From positions 11,124-75,123 of the forward strand of contig JAKPPU010000068.1 in the NCBI GenBank assembly GCA_029547185.1: a stretch of DNA of 64,000 nt, in the 5' to 3' direction. The translations under genes were made by a program, and so were the position numbers. The notes below the pieces were generated by a model. The model saw only the letters and a program-made list of their open reading frames with translations, ran no database searches and was not told the DNA's origin. This DNA comes from Deltaproteobacteria bacterium. Its GTDB lineage: Bacteria > Desulfobacterota > Desulfomonilia > UBA1062. Below are positions 42,898 through 50,556 of this stretch, one piece after another. Each line of letters begins with the position of its first letter. Position 1 is the first letter of the stretch.

Positions 42898-44832
42898 ATG
42901 GAGAAGGTCTCTCGGGTATATGCCTGCATTTTCTCTTCAGTAATCGTTCTTTTCCTGTGCAATGCCCTCCTGCATCCCCAGCGGATATCCGCCCGGGAGT
43001 GGGAGTGGCAAAACCCTCTTCCCCAGGGAAACGTCCTCATCTCCATCTGGGGCGAATCGGGCAGCGATATCTTTGTTGTGGGAGAAAACGGTACCATCAT
43101 GCAGTCGGACGGAATCACCTGGAGTCCCATGGCCGGCGGTACCACCGATATCCTCTTCGGTGTCTGGGGAAGCTCGGTAAACGATATCTTCGCCGTCGGC
43201 GATCACGGGACGATCCTCCACTATGACGGCGTTGCGTGGAGACCTATGAACAGCGGTACGAGCAGCCGCCTTCAGGCAGTATGGGGTATGTCCGGCTCCG
43301 ATGTTTATGCCGTCGGCGATCTTGGAACGATCCTGCACTTTGACGGCAGCAGGTGGAGCATCATGGAGAGCGGGACCGATCTGGCTCTCTTAAGTGTGTG
43401 GGGCATTGCAGAAGACGATGTGTTTGCCGTAGGCGATCATGGGGTGATCCTGCACTGCGACGGGTATTCCTGGCAGCCTATGGCCGGCGTCGATACGGAA
43501 TTCTTAAGCAGTGTCTGGGGAAGCTCGGGATCCGATGTCTTTGCTGTGGGATGGAATGGAACGATCCTGCACTATGACGGCTATTCATGGAATGCAATGC
43601 CCAGCGGAACCATCGAGTGGCTCTACGGCGTATCGGGAAGCTCGGGCAGCGACGTCTTTGCCGTAGGGGACAGAGGCACGATCCTGCACTACGACGGAAA
43701 TGCCTGGAGAAGCATGCCGAGCGGGCTTGCGATCCGGCTGAAAAGTGTGTGGGTGAGCCCTGAAGCAGATGTGTTCGCAGCAGGCGGCTACGGAATGATC
43801 CTGGAGTACAGCGGGGGCTCATGGACGGCCATGAGCAGCCTGACAACCGCGGCGGACATCAGAGGCGTATGGGGCAGGTCGTGCAAGGATATCTTTGCAG
43901 CGGGAACGGGCGGCACCATCCTTCGTTACAACGGCATGGCATGGAATGCGATGGTGAGCGGTACGAGTGACGATCTCAGCGACATCTGGGGCAATTCGGG
44001 GTCGGATGTCTTCGCGGTCGGCGAGAATGGAACGATCCTCCACTTTGACGGCAGCGCATGGAGCAGGATGGCAAGCGGAGTCGATGAAAGGCTCAACAGC
44101 GTCTGGGGCAGCTCGGGACGGGACATGTTTGCCGTGGGAGACAACGGAACCGTTCTGCATTACAGCGGCAGCACCTGGACCGTTATGATGAGCGGCACCA
44201 CAGCCTCTTTAAGCGGTGTCTGGGGCAGCTCTGCGACGGATGTCTTTGCCGTGGGCAGCGGCGGCACGATCCTGCACTATGACGGCACCTCCTGGAACTC
44301 CATGGCCGGCGGAACCTCAGTCTCCCTAAGCGGCATCTGGGGGAACTCCTCGAGCGATGTGTATGCCGTGGGCGGCTCGGATACCATCCTGCACTATGAC
44401 GGCAGGACATGGACGAAGATACAGGGCGGGGCCGACGACTTTCTGTGCGCCGTATCCGGCGGCCTCGGCAACTCCTTTATCGTGGGCTGGTTCGGAACCC
44501 TCCTTCACAGCAGAGGCGGCTCGTATGAATCGGCAGACAGGGTCACGGACTACGGCCTCAATGACATCTGGACCGGGAGCGGCTGCGTCTTCGTCGTGGG
44601 AGACAGCGGCACGATCCTCCGATCTTTCATTCCCTGCGAATGTGATCTCAGTCATGACGGACGGTGCGACATGCACGACTGGCTGCTCTTCGGGCGCAAC
44701 TGGGGAAGCACGAACTGCAATACCCCCGGCGTCTCCTGTGCGTGCGACCTGAACCGCGACGGGAGGTGCGACATGCGCGACTGGCTGCTCTTCGGCAGGA
44801 GCTGGGGAAGGACGAACTGCCCTCTCCAGTAA
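42898..44832 (+). CDS. Secreted repeat protein: about 14 tandem 39-40-aa beta-propeller-blade-like repeats plus a C-terminal pair of Cys-framed dockerin-like Ca-binding repeats
   Basis: ATG 42898 follows GGGAGG. Signal peptide MEKVSRVYACIFSSVIVLFLCNALL. The repeat consensus is VWGSSGSDVFAVGDxGTILHYDGxxWxxMxSGT. The tail is CECDLSHDGRCDMHDWLLFGRNWGSTNC / CACDLNRDGRCDMRDWLLFGRSWGRTNC. Confidence 0.8.
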   Translation: MEKVSRVYACIFSSVIVLFLCNALLHPQRISAREWEWQNPLPQGNVLISIWGESGSDIFVVGENGTIMQSDGITWSPMAGGTTDILFGVWGSSVNDIFAVGDHGTILHYDGVAWRPMNSGTSSRLQAVWGMSGSDVYAVGDLGTILHFDGSRWSIMESGTDLALLSVWGIAEDDVFAVGDHGVILHCDGYSWQPMAGVDTEFLSSVWGSSGSDVFAVGWNGTILHYDGYSWNAMPSGTIEWLYGVSGSSGSDVFAVGDRGTILHYDGNAWRSMPSGLAIRLKSVWVSPEADVFAAGGYGMILEYSGGSWTAMSSLTTAADIRGVWGRSCKDIFAAGTGGTILRYNGMAWNAMVSGTSDDLSDIWGNSGSDVFAVGENGTILHFDGSAWSRMASGVDERLNSVWGSSGRDMFAVGDNGTVLHYSGSTWTVMMSGTTASLSGVWGSSATDVFAVGSGGTILHYDGTSWNSMAGGTSVSLSGIWGNSSSDVYAVGGSDTILHYDGRTWTKIQGGADDFLCAVSGGLGNSFIVGWFGTLLHSRGGSYESADRVTDYGLNDIWTGSGCVFVVGDSGTILRSFIPCECDLSHDGRCDMHDWLLFGRNWGSTNCNTPGVSCACDLNRDGRCDMRDWLLFGRSWGRTNCPLQ

Positions 44833-44949
44833 GATGATATTCATATTGATTTATATAAATTTAATATGTATATAATAATAGGTTATTATTATATCACTAT
44901 ATGAAGTTGCATCTTTGATGAATTAAAATCTTGTAAAGGGGGTTATCAA
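44833..44949. promoter_or_regulatory. Extremely AT-rich 117-nt intergenic spacer with a 9-bp perfect inverted repeat
   Basis: The sequence GATGATATTCATATTGATTTATATAAATTTAATATGTATATAATAATAGGTTATTATTATATCAC... is far below the local GC level. It contains ATAATAATA (44872-44880), GGT, TATTATTAT (44884-44892). Confidence 0.5.
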
Positions 44950-46035
44950 ATGCACCTTGCCAAATCAAGAAGCGCGTTCAGGATCTTTATCTTCATCTCC
45001 GTCATTGCACTGTCTGCCGGATGCCATGGGGGCAGCGGCGGTTCGGGAGGCGACCCAGGAGACACGAAAGGGGAGGATGTCACGTGGAAGATATCCTCGA
45101 TCAGCGTACAGTCGGTAACGGACGGCCAGCCTGTCGTTGAAGAGACATACACATTCACCTATGACAAAGAGGCTCAAACGGTCCGGGAAGTGTATCTTTC
45201 CGACCAGGGAAATGACAGCCAGCTCAGCACCTTCACCCGCACGGATACCGGGTGGACATGCCATTATGAGATCGACAGCGGCAGGAACGGGTCTGTGAAC
45301 ATAACGAGCGACAACGAATACGACATTATCAGGGGATTCATATCAGACAATCAGACGTTTAATTACAACGACTATCCCGAATATGATACGTGGTATGGCT
45401 CATATGTCTACACGTATACGTTTGATGAATACGGCAGCCATGAGAAGACAGAGTATGCATATACCTCCACCGGGTATGACGACGCTCAAGGAGAGGTCTA
45501 CGTTGAAGAAGTGATTGATAACACCTATGACGAAGGCAACAGGCTCGTCAAGCGGGACATCTATCGGGAAGACAGCGACAAGATCGATTCCACCTACGAA
45601 TTCACGTACGGCAGCAACGGCAAGGTGTCCGGAGTAGTCAAGAAAGAGTTCACCTACAGCACCTCTGAAACAGTGGATGTCACCAAGCGTACATACACAA
45701 GGGTGGGTGATTCTCCATCGGAATGGGATTATAACACCTTTGTCGATTACCTCATCGGCTCGATGTCGACGGGTCTGGTTTCGTTTCAAAATATAAACGG
45801 ACTTTTCGTTGAGACGAGGGAAGAGATCTATAGAGGCAACGATTCAGTGAGAGAGTCCGTTACAAACTTTACGTATGACCAGGGCTGGCGTATGCTGAAA
45901 GAGGAAATTGACAGCAATAACGACGGAACGGTCGACTCCACCATCACGCATACGCTGGCCTTTGACGACAACGGCAAGCTGACCAGGGAAGAGACGCCCT
46001 ACTGGATAGTTACTTACACCTGGACCTGGCAGTAA
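44950..46035 (+). CDS. Lipoprotein with degenerate YD/RHS-like repeats
   Basis: Lipobox LSAGC followed by a Gly/Ser linker. Repeated Y/F-T-Y-D-x-x-G-x-L units: YTFTYDKEAQTV, NTYDEGNRLVKRD, YEFTYGSNGKVSG, NFTYDQGWRMLKE, LAFDDNGKLTREE. GC is lower than in neighbouring genes. Confidence 0.7.
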   Translation: MHLAKSRSAFRIFIFISVIALSAGCHGGSGGSGGDPGDTKGEDVTWKISSISVQSVTDGQPVVEETYTFTYDKEAQTVREVYLSDQGNDSQLSTFTRTDTGWTCHYEIDSGRNGSVNITSDNEYDIIRGFISDNQTFNYNDYPEYDTWYGSYVYTYTFDEYGSHEKTEYAYTSTGYDDAQGEVYVEEVIDNTYDEGNRLVKRDIYREDSDKIDSTYEFTYGSNGKVSGVVKKEFTYSTSETVDVTKRTYTRVGDSPSEWDYNTFVDYLIGSMSTGLVSFQNINGLFVETREEIYRGNDSVRESVTNFTYDQGWRMLKEEIDSNNDGTVDSTITHTLAFDDNGKLTREETPYWIVTYTWTWQ

Positions 46036-46042
46036 GGCGCTT

Positions 46043-46089
46043 AAACAAAAATGCCTGTCATCTCCTTAAAAAGCGGGAGGTGACAGGCA
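46043..46089. terminator. Bidirectional terminator hairpin between the convergent lipoprotein gene and the exosortase-locus operon
   Basis: 14-bp stem TGCCTGTCATCTCC (46052-46065) / GGAGGTGACAGGCA (46076-46089). It has one G-U pair on the + strand. On the minus strand it is followed by TTTTTGTTT. Confidence 0.65.
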
Positions 46090-46185
46090 CTTGCCTGTAA
46101 TATCCGCCTGCGCCTTCGTGAGGGCTGCAATCTGAAAACGCGCCCCCTTCGTTCTCGAAGGGCCGGGGCTTCTCAGCTTCCTGTT

Positions 46186-46998
46186 TCAGTAATAGTAGCT
46201 GTAGGAGTTTCTGCGGTCGTCATCCTTGTTCAGGACGAATCCGAAAAATTTGTCCTGGGGAAGCAGCTCCAGAGCCTTCTTGATGTCGTTTATCGACGTC
46301 TTCCCGTATTCGACCACCATGACGATGCTGTCCACCAGGGAAGAGAACACGATGGCGTCCGCACCGACGAGGACCGGGGGCACGTCAAAGATCACGAAAC
46401 GGTCGGGGTAGCGGTTCTTCACCTCTTCGACCAGCCCGCGCATTCTCGATGAGTTCAGGATCTCGGTGCTTTCCTGGATGGTCCTGCCCCCGGAGACGAG
46501 GGTCATCTTCTCGATGCCCGGCCAGATGATGAGGTCCTTCAGCGGGACTTCCCCGACGAGGTAGTCCACGAGCCCCTTGTCGCTTTCTATCCCCATGTAC
46601 TTGTGGACGTCCTGGCGGTGGAAGTCGCAGTCCATCAGGAGCACGGTCTGGTCGAATTCTTTTGCGTGCGTCAGTGCAAGGTTGACGGTGGTCACGGTCT
46701 TGCCCTCGCCGGGAACGGCGCTCGTGACCATGAGGGTTTTGGCGCCCTTTATCTGGGCGAGAGAATTGATCCTGGTCCTGAGTACCTTGAAGGAGTCGAG
46801 GTAGGGGGAATCGGGGAAGATGGCTATGCAGTTGCTGTCCGACATCTTCTCGCTGTCGAGTCTTACATACCGCGATTCGGTGTACACGGGAGGAGTCCAT
46901 TCTCCCTGCCGTGCCGCCCTCTCCATGTATTGTTCGTTGGGTGTGTGCCGATCTCCTCTTGCCAGCTTTGCCTTCTCGATAGCCTTTCGTATCTTCAT
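46186..46998 (-). CDS. BY-kinase-type tyrosine autokinase ATPase (exosortase/PEP-CTERM-locus EpsG-like)
   Basis: ATG 46998 follows GGGAGG. Walker A SAVPGEGKT, Walker A' VLLMDCDFHR, Walker B FVIFDVPP, and a C-terminal Tyr cluster NSYSYYY. Confidence 0.85.
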   Translation of the reverse strand: MKIRKAIEKAKLARGDRHTPNEQYMERAARQGEWTPPVYTESRYVRLDSEKMSDSNCIAIFPDSPYLDSFKVLRTRINSLAQIKGAKTLMVTSAVPGEGKTVTTVNLALTHAKEFDQTVLLMDCDFHRQDVHKYMGIESDKGLVDYLVGEVPLKDLIIWPGIEKMTLVSGGRTIQESTEILNSSRMRGLVEEVKNRYPDRFVIFDVPPVLVGADAIVFSSLVDSIVMVVEYGKTSINDIKKALELLPQDKFFGFVLNKDDDRRNSYSYYY

Positions 46999-47023
46999 AG
47001 CCGTGCCTCCCAATTTCCGACAG

Positions 47024-48595
47024 TTATATGCCCATTCGCCGGGTAAACTTTATCCAGAAGACATCGAGGTCCATCACCAGGAAGTGAAAGGCAATGACCG
47101 CGACGATGATTGCAGCCACTACGGCGATAATCCATATCTTCATGTGCTTCTTCCTGCGGGCTTCGGCCTTCTCGCTCAGCATCCTGGGTATGGATGCCAG
47201 CACCGGGAAGGAGGTGATGATCGAGAGGTAATCGGCTTTCCGGACAGAGGTGTCGGAATACTCTTTCACCGAAGCCGTACCGATGCCTGCCCCGATGCTC
47301 AGGACGAGCCCGATCAGCATGATTGCCAGACGATTGGGCCTGAAGGGCTCTTCCGGAAGGCGGGCAGGGTCGATGATGGTGAACCTCTCGCCCTTCTGCT
47401 CTTTCTCGAGGCCCTGGGACACCTTGGACTCCATGTACTTGCGCATCAGGTCGTCGTATTTGATCTGCGTGTTGTTCCTCTCCATCAGGAGGGCCTTGTA
47501 TCTCGGCTCCACCTGCGAAGAGGTGCCCAGTCGGCGGTTGTACTCGTCCATGCGCCGCCTGAGGTCGGCCATCTGCCCCTCGACGGATTTTATCTCCGAC
47601 CGGACGCTGGAGAGCTGGGACGCGAGAGTGATGTAGGCGGGATTGTCCGGCCGTTTCCGTGCCGGGTCGGTTGACGAGGCGTTCTGGCTGAGCTTTCTCT
47701 CGAGCTCCGCAATCTCGGCCTTTGTCTTGATCACGTCCGGGTGCACATCCGAAAAGTGCTGTTTGAGGTTCACGAGCTGTACGTTCAGGTCGCTCAGGCG
47801 CTGCTTGTCCCCCTCCTTGAACTCCGGAGGGGTATTGGCAAGCTGGCTCTGCAGATACCCTTCCTTCTCCCTGAGCTGAGACATCTGGTTGGAGAGCATG
47901 TCGATGGTGCGCTCGATGTCGTTTTTGCTCTGCACGTTGATCTGCACGAGCTCGGGGAGGTCATTGACATTCTGTTCCTTGAACCTGGCTATGTCGGCGT
48001 CGATCTTGTCCAGATCGCCCTTGACCTTGGCAAGCTCTGTTTCGAGGAATTTCGACACCTCGTCCGCCTGCCGCTCCCTGGTCCGGACGTTCTCCTCCAG
48101 GAACAGGGATGCCAGGACATTGGCCACCTGATAGACCTTCTGGGGATCGTTTTCTCCCTCATACGAAAGTGTGAAGGCAATAGTCGCGCTCATCGGCCTG
48201 CCGGTCTTTGGGTCAACCACATCCACGCTGACGGGCTCGAGCTTGATGTCTTCACGCATCTGGGCGATGACCTCATCCGTCGGCTCTTCTTCCCTCAGGT
48301 CGGTGTAGAGGTTGAACCGGTTGATGATGTCAAGCAGCCTGGTGGAGCTCATGATTCTCTGGTTGATGATCTGGAGCTGCTGCTCGGCATAGGTGGAGAT
48401 GGTGGCCCTGACGAAGTCGGCGGGGATGTCCTGCTGCTCGATGAGAACGGTCGAGGTGGACTTGTAGACGGGAGGCAGGGCCAGGGCCAGAATGATTGAT
48501 CCTATCAGAATGATGGAAAAGGGAAGGGCAAGGTCCCATTTCCTGCGCTTGAGGATTGCCTTGAGGTCAGTCGGTGTCAGTGTCGGCGTTTCCAT
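47024..48595 (-). CDS. Polysaccharide chain-length determinant (Wzz/GumC-like; PEP-CTERM-locus type)
   Basis: N-terminal TM segment (WDLALPFSIILIGSIILALAL), PPVYKSTSTVLIE (Wzz motif region), a long coiled-coil periplasmic domain and a C-terminal TM segment. Confidence 0.85.
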   Translation of the reverse strand: METPTLTPTDLKAILKRRKWDLALPFSIILIGSIILALALPPVYKSTSTVLIEQQDIPADFVRATISTYAEQQLQIINQRIMSSTRLLDIINRFNLYTDLREEEPTDEVIAQMREDIKLEPVSVDVVDPKTGRPMSATIAFTLSYEGENDPQKVYQVANVLASLFLEENVRTRERQADEVSKFLETELAKVKGDLDKIDADIARFKEQNVNDLPELVQINVQSKNDIERTIDMLSNQMSQLREKEGYLQSQLANTPPEFKEGDKQRLSDLNVQLVNLKQHFSDVHPDVIKTKAEIAELERKLSQNASSTDPARKRPDNPAYITLASQLSSVRSEIKSVEGQMADLRRRMDEYNRRLGTSSQVEPRYKALLMERNNTQIKYDDLMRKYMESKVSQGLEKEQKGERFTIIDPARLPEEPFRPNRLAIMLIGLVLSIGAGIGTASVKEYSDTSVRKADYLSIITSFPVLASIPRMLSEKAEARRKKHMKIWIIAVVAAIIVAVIAFHFLVMDLDVFWIKFTRRMGI

Positions 48596-48657
48596 ACGTC
48601 TTCCCCCTTTTGCAAAAGAATATTCCCTGTGCGATCCAGCCCCTGAAGTCTTTCCGA

Positions 48658-49866
48658 TCAGTGGGGAATGGGATACTGCCAGGACATGACAAGGTAGTAA
48701 AGATTCTGCACGTTTTTTTTGTCCTCTTCGTAATCCTTGAGACGGGTGTACCGGTACGATGCATTCAGGGTGAGATCGTTCGTGAGGGAATACGTCAGCG
48801 TGGGCTGCACCCTCAAAGTCTGCTCGTCGACATCCTCGCTGGCGAGCTCTCCCCTGACGGCTCTGTTTTTGTAGATCTCGGCCGTGAGGCGCCCCCGGAA
48901 TTCATAGGTGAATCTCCTGGTGACGTCGAGCCTTACCGACGTCCGCCTGACGGTCCCCGTATCGCCGCTCAGGGCACTGATGTTCCGATACAGGGTGATG
49001 GTGCCCTTTGTGAGCTCATCCGCATAGGTGAGGGCAAGATTGCCGATGGTCCCTCTCTCCTTGCCCCTCTCCTCGTAGGTGAAGATCCAGTACGTCGTCT
49101 CAAAGGTAGAGCGGGTAAGGCTCTGTCCGATGTCCGCAGACAGGCTGATGTAGTCGTTGAACTGCTTGCTCGCCCCGATCGTCATCGAGTAGCTGGTGAT
49201 CCGGGTGTCGGGAAATTTGTAGAGGGCATATCCCACGTTCAACCGGGATGTGGTGAGCGCGACCAGCGATCCCAGGTTGCAGTTGATTCCCAGATTTGCA
49301 TCCTGTCCCGTGGAGTCGTCGAATTCGGGGTCGTCGAAGGTTTCCTTGTAGTATGAATAGGAGAGGGTCGCCACAGCCTTTTCCGAGACGGCATAGTCCG
49401 CTGAAGTTCCGAACTGCCGGCGGTGGCGTTTCTCGGTTCCCAGCACGAGACCGGTGGTCTCGATATCTCGGTCCGAACGGGAGTCCTCGATCATCCTTGC
49501 CTGAGCCGAAGCCCTCAGCCTCTCCGTGATCTCGCAGGTCGCGCTTCCGGAGTAGTCCTGATCGGTCTCGTCGAGGTCGTCGGTCCGGGAATATTTCAGG
49601 ATATCGAATCTCGTCTGCAGGGATGCATCAAGATTCTCTGTCCTGCCTGTCAGCCGGGCTCCCGGCGAGACCGTGGTTATCCAATCATCGATTTCATCGC
49701 CGTTGGTGGAGTCGAAGAGGACATTGTCATTGTACTCTTCGCGCAGGCTGAGCATGGGGACAAACGTGATCTCTGCCGCGAAGGCCCGGGCTGAATTCAG
49801 GATAACGGCAATCAGGGCCAGGGCCGTGAGAAGTAATGCCCTCGAGGAGGGTGGGTAACCTTTCAC
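48658..49866 (-). CDS. Outer-membrane beta-barrel protein, PEP-CTERM-system-associated type (TIGR03016-like)
   Basis: GTG start. Signal peptide ...NSARAFA. Alternating beta-strand pattern rich in Y/T/D/R. It sits between the wza-like and wzz-like genes, as in described exosortase loci. Confidence 0.6.
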   Translation of the reverse strand: MKGYPPSSRALLLTALALIAVILNSARAFAAEITFVPMLSLREEYNDNVLFDSTNGDEIDDWITTVSPGARLTGRTENLDASLQTRFDILKYSRTDDLDETDQDYSGSATCEITERLRASAQARMIEDSRSDRDIETTGLVLGTEKRHRRQFGTSADYAVSEKAVATLSYSYYKETFDDPEFDDSTGQDANLGINCNLGSLVALTTSRLNVGYALYKFPDTRITSYSMTIGASKQFNDYISLSADIGQSLTRSTFETTYWIFTYEERGKERGTIGNLALTYADELTKGTITLYRNISALSGDTGTVRRTSVRLDVTRRFTYEFRGRLTAEIYKNRAVRGELASEDVDEQTLRVQPTLTYSLTNDLTLNASYRYTRLKDYEEDKKNVQNLYYLVMSWQYPIPH

Positions 49867-49875
49867 GCGGATGCC

Positions 49876-50457
49876 TTACGGTATGACGACCACATCTCCC
49901 CGCTTGAGGATGATATTCTGCTCGATGGACCTGCCCTTTATCACATCATTGTACCTGAATTGCATGATGGAGCTTTTCCCGCTGTCGGTGCGGATGATCT
50001 TGATGGCATTCTTGTCGGCGAATGGGGTGAGGCCGCCGGCCATGGCCAGCGCCTGCAGGACGTTCACGTTGCTGTTGAGGACGAACCTGCCCGGGCTGTT
50101 GACCCGCCCGATCACGTACACGTACATGCTGTTCGCGCTCCTTACCGACACGAACAGCACGGGGTCGGGCACAAAACGCTTGATCTTTTCCTCGATGTCC
50201 TTCTTGAGCTTGCTGACGGTTTTCCCTTCGGCGGTTACAGAGCCTATGAGGGGAAAGGTGATGGTGCCGTCGGGAAGAACGACCACCTCCCTGGTCAGTG
50301 ACTCGTCTTTCCATATGGATATGACGAGGACATCTCCCTGGCCGATGATGTAGTCGGTGCTGCCGTGCGAATCCGCGGCATCGATTGCCCACAAGGGCAG
50401 CGATACCATGCCTGCGATCCAAGCCAGGAGAAATGCCCTGCCTGCTCTCTGAATCAT
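49876..50457 (-). CDS. Polysaccharide export protein (Wza/EpsE-like, Poly_export + SLBB)
   Basis: Signal peptide, then DYIIGQGDVLVISIWKDESLTREVVVLPDGTITFPLIGSVTAEGKT (PES/Poly_export motif) and an SLBB-like C-terminal half. The alternative track start is 50499. Confidence 0.88.
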   Translation of the reverse strand: MIQRAGRAFLLAWIAGMVSLPLWAIDAADSHGSTDYIIGQGDVLVISIWKDESLTREVVVLPDGTITFPLIGSVTAEGKTVSKLKKDIEEKIKRFVPDPVLFVSVRSANSMYVYVIGRVNSPGRFVLNSNVNVLQALAMAGGLTPFADKNAIKIIRTDSGKSSIMQFRYNDVIKGRSIEQNIILKRGDVVVIP

Positions 50458-50556
50458 AATCGTACCCCCCTGCATAGAGAAATCAAAAGCCCGCTCCACC
50501 CGACTGGTTCTTTATTTCAGAAAGATACGGATGATCGAGCTCCTCTGAAAACAGCA

